Assembly (NCBI GenBank): GCA_963804995.1
Contig: CAWDSK010000002.1
Location: forward strand, 704,001-768,000
DNA length: 64,000 nt
Direction of reading: 5' to 3'
Source of the DNA: an uncultured Acidobacteriota bacterium
Lineage (GTDB): Bacteria; Acidobacteriota; Terriglobia; UBA7540
Positions 1 to 8,957 of this stretch are shown one piece after another; within the stretch, counting starts at the first letter, position 1; each line of letters begins with the position of its first letter. The notes below the pieces were generated by a model. That model saw only the letters and a list, made by a program, of their open reading frames with translations, ran no database searches and had not been told where the DNA came from. A program made the translations under genes and the position numbers.

Positions 1-424
1 AATACCACGCGGTTTTCTGTCGCTGCCTTTTGTCATCTGTCACCTCGCTCATTTATTTCAGAAGTCCGATGCTCTCCATTTAGAAATCCAAAGTGTGTGA
101 GCCCCGCCATCGAGCGAGGCGGAGCGCTTGCCGGGTATGACTCGAATACGTGCATGCTCTGAGGCAAGGGGGATATCGCCCCTTCATGCGTCGTTGAGGT
201 CTTCACCAAGAGGCACATGTATATTCTTTCAATCCGCCAAATATCCCTAGCCTCGATTTGTTCTGCTCCATAAAGAACTTAGCTTTAAGTCGTAAGCGTG
301 CAAGCCGGACCTGCCTGGAGCGATGCCTTCGTGGCCCGCTTGACATTAAGCGATGCCGTAAATCGCCATTCGGCTTCTGGCTTGCCGTGAATCTCTGCGC
401 TCATCGGCTTCCCATCTCCTACCA

Positions 425-1822
425 TTAGAATCGGTAGGTGCAGAACACCCAGGGGTATGAGCTTCCGATCCCGTGGGCGTTTTCCTTCAGGAATTGACCC
501 CAGAACAAGTAGCTCCACCCGGTACCCATTGTGAGCCAGGGGCGCGGGCTATAGGTGATGTAGAAGTCTGCGTCATGGCCGATATTGGTACTCAAGGCCC
601 CACCCGCCGGCGCGTCCACAACCTCCACGCCGGAGGCGTTGTAAAGGCCGTCGTGGGCGCTTGCTAGCCACAGGAAATGGTAATCGAACGTCACCTTCAG
701 GGTCCGGAGGGGATTGACCTCAGCACTCGCTCTAAGGTGCCGGATGTTGCGCCAACCGAACAGGTCGGACATGCCGTAGATGTTGTGAAAGGCCCCATAC
801 ACCTGATCAAAGGTGGTCACTCTGCCGTCCGATTTGCCGCTACCGCCGGTTGCGAAGGTGTACTCAGTGGAAAAACGAGGTTTCAGGGGGACCTTGGGGA
901 CCGTGTATCCGGCAACCCAGTAGCCTGCCCAGGAGTCAAGGTCGTCGGTCGACAAGTGGCCACCTTGTCGGTCCATTTCCACTGTATAGTCGAACCCGGC
1001 GGGGAGTTTGCCAAACCAAAGAGCGCCCACAGTGTAAATATCGGCATTGCCCACTACGCCGGTTCCGCTTTTAGCCGTGGGCAGGGTCTTCCAGAGCACG
1101 TAGGGTTCAATCGTCGCTTTGGGAACGAGCTTGCTCAAGGTGCCATAAACGCCATACAGGTTGTGGCCCGGAGCACCGTCGAACTTATCAAAACGGTTGG
1201 TATTGATGATTACCGGGGTAGCTGCAAAGATGTCGACGCGGTTCCCACCCCTACTCAGTCCGATCTTGGCAACGTCAAAAGTGCGGGTGACGTTACCCCA
1301 ATCACCACCGCCCACCACACGCTGGTTCCCCAGGTTGAGTTCCGTGCGCCCCACCTGCAGGCTGACCCAATTCTTCTCCCCTGGCTTGAATTCGACATAG
1401 CCCTGACGCAGGTCGAACGTATTTTTGAGGCTGCTGCTGACATGATCCGAAGCTATGTCGATAGGGCGGGAGTCCTGCCCCTGGACGTAGAAGTGCAACC
1501 ATTTGGTGGGTTTCAGATCGAGCCCAATCCGCGTGCGGGTCAGTGTATAGGTATCGTTGTCACCCGCCTCATATCCGAGGGAAGTGCGGGCCTCTTCGCG
1601 GGCGCGAACCTCCAAAGTGAACTTCATCCAATGGGGCAAATCCTTATTGAGCTCGTCGCCCGGGTTCTTGGTGGTTTGGACTGCCGCCTGAGTTGTTGAT
1701 GACGCCGTCTGGGCACGAAGGTTGAGGGCACCGAGAATGGCCACCGTCAGTGTTATGATCTTGAGTGAGCGGGACCAACGGTACCTAGCATGTCCACCTT
1801 GAAATTCATCTGTTGAACACAT
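425..1822 (-). CDS. Alginate-export-family outer-membrane beta-barrel protein
   Basis: AGGAGG RBS before the ATG at 1822; signal-peptide-like segment; motifs DLRQGYVEF, VGRTELNLGNQRVVG...DWGNVTRTFD; C-terminal aromatic Y-x-F. Confidence 0.75.
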   Translation of the reverse strand: MCSTDEFQGGHARYRWSRSLKIITLTVAILGALNLRAQTASSTTQAAVQTTKNPGDELNKDLPHWMKFTLEVRAREEARTSLGYEAGDNDTYTLTRTRIGLDLKPTKWLHFYVQGQDSRPIDIASDHVSSSLKNTFDLRQGYVEFKPGEKNWVSLQVGRTELNLGNQRVVGGGDWGNVTRTFDVAKIGLSRGGNRVDIFAATPVIINTNRFDKFDGAPGHNLYGVYGTLSKLVPKATIEPYVLWKTLPTAKSGTGVVGNADIYTVGALWFGKLPAGFDYTVEMDRQGGHLSTDDLDSWAGYWVAGYTVPKVPLKPRFSTEYTFATGGSGKSDGRVTTFDQVYGAFHNIYGMSDLFGWRNIRHLRASAEVNPLRTLKVTFDYHFLWLASAHDGLYNASGVEVVDAPAGGALSTNIGHDADFYITYSPRPWLTMGTGWSYLFWGQFLKENAHGIGSSYPWVFCTYRF

Positions 1823-1841
1823 AAATCCTCCTATGGTGCCG

Positions 1842-2309
1842 TCAAAGTCTTGAGGCTTGGGCGGTTTTTTCATGTCCTTCTCCTGCCACGCTGACCGCGG
1901 CGCCAGTGTCCAGGACATGCATCAAACGATCGCTTAGCTTGTAGATCCCTCGAATAAGTTCTCGCGCCTTGCTGTCTATGGTTCCCGGAGGCAACTCAAA
2001 GGCCTCCTCCCCAACTTCCAAAACATCGCCAATTTCATCCACCAGCAGACTGACCGCGCCGTCCTCGTGACGGATCACAACGTTCATAGGGAGGTCGGTG
2101 GCGGTGCGTTCCCGCAGGCCCAACCGGCGTCGCAGATCAATCGCGGTCACGATCTGGCCGCGCAGGTTGATGAGACCTTTGACGACCGGGGGCGCCAGCG
2201 GCACGTGAGTCATTTCCTGATAGCGAATGACTTCCTGGACTTTTTCCACCTCCACTCCGAAGAGGAGTCGGTCGACCACAAAAGTTGAGAACTGTTTCAT
2301 CCCTGCCAT
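1842..2309 (-). CDS. cheW: Chemotaxis coupling protein CheW
   Basis: VQEVIR...VPLAPPVVKGLINLRGQIVTAIDL...LLVDEIGDV. Confidence 0.95.
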   Translation of the reverse strand: MAGMKQFSTFVVDRLLFGVEVEKVQEVIRYQEMTHVPLAPPVVKGLINLRGQIVTAIDLRRRLGLRERTATDLPMNVVIRHEDGAVSLLVDEIGDVLEVGEEAFELPPGTIDSKARELIRGIYKLSDRLMHVLDTGAAVSVAGEGHEKTAQASRL

Positions 2310-2398
2310 AGCTTGTCTCCTAGGTTCTGGGGACTGGCGGCTGGCTTCTAGGGTATTTCCCCTGTTCCTAATCCCCAGTACTCTGCACCTTTTCCCAT

Positions 2399-5189
2399 TT
2401 AGGCTGCCGTCGGCTCCTCAAAGAAGCTCGGGTCTGCCTCCTGGATGATGCCTTTCACGTCGAGCAATTCGGTAACGCGACTTTGCACGACCACCGAACC
2501 CAAGCTGCCCTTGCGGCCTGCGTGCTTTTGGGCCTTGACTCTCTCGTGGGCGATGTCGAGGATGCGATCCACGACCAGTCCGACGCTGCGGCCATGATCG
2601 TTGTACACAACCACCTGGATCTTCTCGTCTTCCGCTCCCGACTCAGACAATGCGGGATTACGCGGTTGCTGACGGCGCTCCGTAAGAGTGCTGGAGAGGT
2701 GGATTAAGGGGAGGATTTGGCCGCGGTACTGGACAACGTATCGCCCTTCCGCCTGTTCCACGCTGCGGCTCGAAAACTCTTCCAAGCGCGCCACCAGCGA
2801 AAGCGGCATCGCCATCCGTCCATCATCCGGCCCGCGTAACAAGAGGAGCGATTCCCCATCATCGTGATGCTGCTCGGACTCGGCGGTCTTATCGCCTACC
2901 GCGCGGTCCCGAAGCTCGGAAACCACGTTGGCACGTTGTGCCAACCCCAGAACGTCCAGGATCAAGGCCACCAGACCATCACCCATGATGGTTGCTCCGG
3001 CGAACGTGGTGATGCCTTTGAGCTGTTTGCCCAGGGGTTTGACGACGATTTCCTCCGTATCATTGATCTCATCGACGACCAAACCAAACTGGCGATCATC
3101 TGCCTGCAAGACCACGATGTTGACGGCATTGCGGCCGGTGGTATGCTGCTTCGAGCTCCGTCAGCAGGGCGACGATCTGGCCGGAGAGACTCTCAACTTG
3201 CGCTAGTTCCTGCTCGGCGCGAGTAGTCTCGCCCGCCCCCTTTGAGGTAATGACCACCCGGACATGGTTATGAAGCTGCTGGTGCAGGGTTTCCAATTGC
3301 TGCATGGCCGGCAGGTCGCCAAACTGCTCTAATCCCGAGGAATAGAGCCAAATTCCCAGCGCACAATCCTTGTGAGATGTGGCCTGAGCTGCCGTCAGGG
3401 TGGTCTTACCGTCCAGGAAATCTCTCAGCCTCGATTTCCAAAGCAGGTGCTTACTGCGCGCGGCGGCAAAGTCCAAACCTTGTGCCTCAGATCCTGCTCC
3501 GGCCGAGCGCGTCTGGCCCGGTGTGGCTTCCGGATTTGAGCCGTCACCTTCCCCCTCCCCGCGAAGTTGATGTTTCAGGTAGACGAGAGGCAACAGCTTT
3601 CCACGCAGGCGGTAGACGGGCGCACCATGAATCATCTCGATGCCTTTGCGGGCCTGCTCGCTTTCCAGCCGCACAAGCTCCAAGAGGCTGACCTGCGGGA
3701 TGGCGTAACGGTCGCTCCCACTGGTCACAATCAGTGCGGGGATAATGGCCAAGGTCAGAGGAATCTTGATCTTCAAAGTTGTCCCTTGGCCCATGCGGGA
3801 TTGAATGTCGACCGTTCCACCAATCTTCTCGATATTGGTTTTCACGACGTCCATGCCCACTCCACGGCCGGAAACATTGGTCACCTTTTCGGCCGTGGAA
3901 AATCCGGGCAGGAAGATCAGGTTCAGGAGCTCGCGGTCACTCATGCGCGCTGCCTGGTCAGGGGAAATCAGGCCCTTCTCCAAACCCTTCTGTTTGACTC
4001 GCTCCAGATCGATCCCCGCGCCATCGTCGGAGATCTCGATGTTGACCTGCCCCCCTTCGTGGAAGGCCCGGAGGAATAGGCGGCCCTCGGGGAGTTTCCC
4101 CATGGCCAGGCGCTTTTCAGGCGGTTCAATGCCGTGATCGACAACATTGCGGACCAGGTGAGTAAGAGGATCTTTAATGGCTTCGATGATGGTCTTGTCG
4201 AGGTCTGTCTCCTTGCCCTCCATCTCAATGTTGACCTGTTTCCCACACGCGGTCGCCAGGTCGCGCACCACGCGGGGAAACTTGCTCCAGATGTTTCCGA
4301 TAGGCTGCATGCGCGTCTTCATGACGCCTTCTTGCAGTTCGGTCGTGATGAGGTTCAAGCGCTGGGAGGTGTTGAGGAAGGCCGTATCCTGCTGCGAGGA
4401 GGAGAATTGCAAGATTTGGTTACGAGCCAGGACCAGTTCCCCAACCAAATTCATCAGCTTATCCAGCAAACCGACGTCGACTCTTATGTTGCTGTCAGAG
4501 AGGGCCGAGGAGCGGACTTCTGCCTGGGTTTGCAGGGCTTCCAGCACGGCGGAGGGCTGCGTGGCGCCTTTGTCTACGAGGATCTCGCCGAGGCGTCGAG
4601 AGTCCCCCTCCTGCTGAAGCTCCAGCGCCTGCTGAACCTGCTCCGGTTTTACCTGGCCTGCCTGAACTAATATTTCACCCACGGGCGGAACAGGCCCGGC
4701 CTCCTCGGGCTTCACCTGCGATTCCACAATGGCCGTTGGCACCGGGGGCTGGGCTGGGGCAGGAGAAGCCGAGGCTGTTGCAGCTTGGGCGGGCTTTGTC
4801 CCCTCACCGCCCTGCAAGCGCGTCAAGAGTCCGATGAGGGAGCTGTAGTCACCGTCCCCTTCCTGGCCAGTGTTTTCGATATTCATCAGCATCTGGCGGA
4901 TAGCATCCACCAGGGCCAGAAGCCCCGAGGTGATTTCGGCATTCAGCAGGAGACGACCTTCGCGCAAACGGCTCAGGAGGTTTTCACCCACATGCGCCAC
5001 GGATTCCAGCTTGGAGAAACCCAGGAAGCCCGTGGTGCCCTTGATGGTGTGAATCGCCCGAAAGATGCTGGAGAGAATGTCTCGCGCCGTGGGATCCTTC
5101 TCCAGAGTCACCAGATCCCGGTCAAGCTGGTCGAGGTTCTCATTGCTCTCAACGAGGAATTCCTTGACGATGTCGTCCATGTCACCCAT
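2399..5189 (-). CDS. cheA: Chemotaxis histidine kinase CheA (Hpt, MshEN-like, dimerisation, HATPase, CheW with inserted CZB, second CheW); frameshift near 3150
   Basis: FRAIHTIKG (Hpt), IRVDVGLLDKLMNLVGELV, HLVRNVVDHGIE, GFSTAEKVTNVSGRGVGMDVV; ORFs 3096..5381 and 2399..3115 join in different frames; AGGAG RBS before ATG 5189. Confidence 0.92.
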
Positions 5190-5383
5190 GGCTGAATTTC
5201 TCCTTCCAGTTGGAAGCACCCTCACGTCGGTCGGATCGTGGGGGCCTTCATCCTCTCGCGACTCTTGAGTGGGAAAAGGACCTTGTTCACTTGCAGCAGC
5301 ATCTTTCCAGCCTTGCGGCGCTTTTGCCGTGCCTGCCGAATCACCCAAAGGCGTTTGGAAAGCCTTCTCGTGTTCAGACACTG

Positions 5384-5410
5384 TTATCGGCGTAACGCCC
5401 AGTCTCTTGA
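5384..5410 (-). promoter_or_regulatory. Sigma-28 (FliA) promoter of cheA-cheW
   Basis: TCAAGAGA-N11-GCCGATAA on the minus strand, about 195 nt upstream of cheA. Confidence 0.7.
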
Positions 5411-5775
5411 AGGTTTTTTTCGGGGTCGGCTCATGGAGCTATCGGGGAGGGAAGTAATCTGGGCGGGAAATCCCGTGACCCTTGGGAAGAACTTGGTAAC
5501 CTGAAGAGGGATTCATTTGGCGGCGCTCGGTAGAATGCGCCAGGATTCCTGTCAGGTTTTGAGCATAGCCTGGAACTGGCGGCTCCTTTCCCAGATACAG
5601 CCGGAACTGAAGTTAGGTGGTAAGCAGCAGAAAAGTGCGGCGGAGCCGCAAGTGAAAAGTCATAGGAAGAAAACGCATGAAGCTGGGAAAGTAAGTGGGA
5701 CCTCGCCCGCTATGCCCCGCGGAGAGCAACAAGTGGGACAGTCCCACATTGACAAATAGTTGTGAGTCTACATAA

Positions 5776-5883
5776 GTAGAGCAGAAGAGTAGGCGATCCC
5801 GTGCCCGATCTCCTTGCCCCCTGACCAACGTGACCTCCTCACCCCGCGTCGAGCCGGACGTGCAGATTTCCCACCTCCGGTTC
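5776..5883 (-). ncRNA. Group II intron 3' remnant (domains V and VI)
   Basis: Minus strand GAACCGGAGGTGGGAAATCTGCACGTCCGGCTC-GACGCGGGG (DV-like), then a DVI-like stem ending CTGCTCTAC; no RT ORF nearby. Confidence 0.7.
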
Positions 5884-5999
5884 GCACCCCAACGCGCTCC
5901 AAATCAGGAACCGTAGCGCCCGAAGCACGTAGCCCAGCACGGTAGCGCCGCACCCAAGGTGTCGGGGCCAGCGCCTGCGCCCCAGGGCTGGCTTCTGGC

Positions 6000-6096
6000 G
6001 TCCACCCTTAGGATTGGCGGACTTCCAGCCGGGGCGGCGCCGGCCCGGGCCGAACGGTCGTCCACCCTTAAGATCGGCTGACTTCCAGCCGCGGCG
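6000..6096. repeat. Two ~35-bp direct repeats, 60 bp apart
   Basis: GTCCACCCTTAGGATTGGCGGACTTCCAGCCG at 6000 and GTCCACCCTTAAGATCGGCTGACTTCCAGCCG at 6060. Confidence 0.8.
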
Positions 6097-6301
6097 ACCC
6101 CTACAACGTCCGCGAAAGTCCTTGGTGAAATGACAAGAATTTGCGGGCTGGCAAGACAGGGGCCTCACTGGGGACGGTCAACTTCCTTTTTGGTTCTGGC
6201 ACTGTAATGTGGAGGCAGCAGGCCAAGTCGCAGAAATGGTCGAGAAGGGCGGGGGGAGATGAATCCGGGAATGGGGGTCGAAGCCGTCGAGGTTCCTACG
6301 C

Positions 6302-6757
6302 TCAGGCGGTAAGCTGAAGGGAAGGTGGTTCCGACTCCTGGTAGGGGTCAAGGCGTGGTCTAGGGCTGGGGGGCGCGGTGGCGGAGGTAGGGGAAGGACG
6401 AGCAATCTGCTCCCACGCCTCACGAACCGTGGAGAACTGCTCGACCAGCGAGGCGAGGATTTCCTTGGAGTTTTCGACATTAGCTTTCATCGACTGGCCG
6501 CGGGCGTGCGTGTAAAACAGTTTGAGGGTCTGGGCGACTTCGCCGCCGCGCTCGAAGTCCAGGCTGCCTTCCAGTTGTGCGATGATGCCATCCAGGCGGC
6601 ACAGATGGTTGCACTTTTTTTCGATGTCCTTGGCCTCGATGGCGGCGATGGCGCATTGCAGGGCGGTGACGGCGCCATCGTAAAGCATCACGACCATTTC
6701 CAGGGGCGTGGCGCCCTGGACCGACTGTTGCCGATAGGTGGAGGCCGGGTATCTCAT
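6302..6757 (-). CDS. fliS: Flagellin export chaperone FliS
   Basis: YRQQSVQGATPLEMVVMLYDGA...LEGSLDFERGGEVA...VREAWEQ; directly downstream of fliD. Confidence 0.92.
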   Translation of the reverse strand: MRYPASTYRQQSVQGATPLEMVVMLYDGAVTALQCAIAAIEAKDIEKKCNHLCRLDGIIAQLEGSLDFERGGEVAQTLKLFYTHARGQSMKANVENSKEILASLVEQFSTVREAWEQIARPSPTSATAPPSPRPRLDPYQESEPPSLQLTA

Positions 6758-8299
6758 GATGATTTCGGTGGATTGAGCGCGTCAAGTTGACTGTTGATCG
6801 CGGCAAGGGTTTCCGGCAGTTGCTCGAGCGTCGTGTTGATCAGACTGTACTCATTCATGAGCTGCGTCTGGGTCTGCTGGAGCTGATACTGGAAATCAGT
6901 GATCTGGGTGTTGAGATCGGTCACGTTACTGGTGATTCCGGCCATGTCCAGATTCAAGGGGCCGTTGGTAGGGTCGTTGAGCGAGACCAGACTCGTGTTG
7001 AGAGCCGTGGCCACACCCGCGCCCGCGGTCGAAGAAGCGGCCGATTGGAAGAGGTTTTGCACGGCCGAAAAATCATTGGTCAGTGCGTCATTAAGGCTCA
7101 TGCTGTCCGGCGATGTGCTGCTGGCCACCTTTAACGTCCCGTCCTGCTGAAGCTGAATCCCAATTGACTGAAGATTCACCAGGCCATTATTCCCCGTGAT
7201 GCTGGTGGTGATGCCATTCAGCAACTGTGACTGCAAAAGGTCTAAAGAGGGGTCTCCCAGGAGGGGGGGCGGCGTGCCGGAGGTGCCATCGTAGGCGTAC
7301 TGGGCATTGATGTCAGTTATCACCTGGTTGTAGGCGGTGACGAAATTGTTGATGGCCGTACCCACCTGGGTCAGGTCAGGCTGGATGGCCAGCGTCACGG
7401 GCGAAGTTGACGTCCCTGACAACGTCAGAGTCACCCCCGGGATTGCCCCCGTCACCGTATTGCTGCCGCTGGAGACCGGGATACCGTCTACGGTCAGTTG
7501 GGCGTCGGCCCCGAGGACATGGCCATTTCCATCGGTAGCCTGGGTGAAATCCAAGCCACCGGTGCCGGTGGTGTCATTGGTTATATGCAAGGCTCCCGCC
7601 GCGCCGGAAGTCTGGCTGACCAGCGACAGGCGAGCGCCGGAGGTGTCTGTAATTACCGAGGCCGTGACCCCCAGGTTATGCTGATTGATGTAAGTCGCGA
7701 GGCCGGCCAAAGTGTTGGTACCGTCGGTGCTGTCAACCGGGATGGGCTCTACCGTGCCATTGGGGCCCACCTGAAGATCGAAGGATCCGGTGGGAATCAC
7801 CGTCGATCCCGTAAGTTGGCTTTGGGAATAGGACGCGGCGGTGGTGGCGAGGCTCGATGACCTGGATAGCGTGCGAACCCGCCGTGGTGCCGGCCGCCGC
7901 GGTCGCACTGACCACATCATTATTGGAAGAGTTCACCGTCACCTGGCTGAAGGCGCCGTCGGGGTCGTTGAGCGCCTGCACACTGGCCTGCAAAGCCGTC
8001 AGGTCGCTTTGGATGGTTTTGAGCGCGCTGGTCTGGGCGTTGAAGGCCGTCACTTGACTTTGCAGGTTAACTTCGGGTTGGGCGTCGATTTGTAGAATGG
8101 CGTTCACGGTCGAGGTCACATCAATGCCACTCCCGGAAGTGTTGGTGGCTGAGTTCAGGATGGCATTCACGGCCTGCTGGATCGCCGTCGAAGTGCTCGT
8201 ATTCGTCGAAGAGTTGGATTGCCCCAGGAGCTGGCTCAGCGTTTCCGTGGTACTGGGATTCAAGGCGGATAGAAGTGAATTGATCCCGGTGGTACTCAT
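6754..8299 (-). CDS. fliD: Flagellar filament cap protein FliD; frameshift near 7858
   Basis: N-terminal SGIDV...LQSQVTAFNAQTSAL; DAQLTVDGIPVSSGSNTVTGAIPGVTLTL; INNFVTAYN; ORFs 7733..8299 and 6754..7920. Confidence 0.9.
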
Positions 8300-8362
8300 T
8301 CCTGTGTCTCCCTTGCGGCCTGACCGCGAACGTCATAGCCGGCTGGTGGCTTGCCAACTAGA

Positions 8363-8389
8363 GTATCGGCAGATTGCGGAAAAACATTA
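8363..8389 (-). promoter_or_regulatory. Sigma-28 promoter of fliD-fliS
   Basis: TAATGTTT-N11-GCCGATAC. Confidence 0.8.
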
Positions 8390-8400
8390 GGGAAGAGCGG

Positions 8401-8557
8401 AAGACGGGGCACGGGATACGGGCACCGGAAACAACCGGACGGCCTTGGAACGGCAGGGCGGAGGGATAGGTGGCACGAAGCGAGACGCGGGATAACTGTT
8501 CCGGGTCGCTCGTCGCGTGTCCCGTGTCCCGTGCCCCGTATCCCGTTTCCCGTCTTC
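8401..8557. repeat. Inverted heptamer tandem-repeat arms (xxACGGG / CCCGTxx)
   Basis: AAGACGGG-GCACGGG-ATACGGG ... CCCGTGT-CCCGTGC-CCCGTAT-CCCGTTT-CCCGTCTT between flaG and fliD. Confidence 0.75.
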
Positions 8558-8567
8558 CTCTCTTCCC

Positions 8568-8885
8568 CTACGACTTGACGTCTAGGCGCTGCGCCGCCTC
8601 TTCACTGGCCGCAGGTGTGAGGCTTCCCTCCTCCATGGCTCGGATCTGCTCGGAAGGAATCTCGCAGACCACCTGCCCGTTCTGATCATTGACGACCTGG
8701 TAGTAGACATGGTGTTGGCTATCAATCCGCAGGTCGGTGCTATCCTTGGGACTGAACACTTCGACGGGGGTTGGAGCCTCGGCTGCGGGGGCCGCTGGGG
8801 CGGTTACCTTTGGTAAGGGCTCCTTTTCAGGCGCGTGATCGCTGGTACCTGATGACGGCATGAATTGTGCTGGTGTGATGCTCAT
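8568..8885 (-). CDS. flaG: FlaG-family protein
   Basis: YYQVVNDQNGQVVCEIPSEQI motif; lies between fliC and fliD. Confidence 0.75.
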   Translation of the reverse strand: MSITPAQFMPSSGTSDHAPEKEPLPKVTAPAAPAAEAPTPVEVFSPKDSTDLRIDSQHHVYYQVVNDQNGQVVCEIPSEQIRAMEEGSLTPAASEEAAQRLDVKS

Positions 8886-8900
8886 GGTTTTTCACCTATG

Positions 8901-8941
8901 AAAAAGCCTGCGGATGGGGCCGCGAGGCCCCATCCGTCAGG
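8901..8941 (-). terminator. Intrinsic terminator of fliC
   Basis: CGGATGGGGCC-GCGA-GGCCCCATCCG hairpin followed by a T5 run on the minus strand. Confidence 0.85.
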
Positions 8942-8957
8942 AATTCCCCAAGTGAGA

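Noticed and set aside
3096..3160. Programmed frameshift splitting CheA
   Set aside because: No slippery heptamer; one of many isolated indels in the window.
5190..5380. c-di-GMP-I riboswitch in the cheA leader
   Set aside because: GGCAAA and a GNRA hairpin are present, but I could not build the conserved GCAAA junction and P1/P3 pairing; this needs an Infernal search.
5190..5381. 64-aa N-terminal extension of CheA in the ORF track
   Set aside because: That start sits at the sigma-28 transcription start, and a good RBS precedes ATG 5189.
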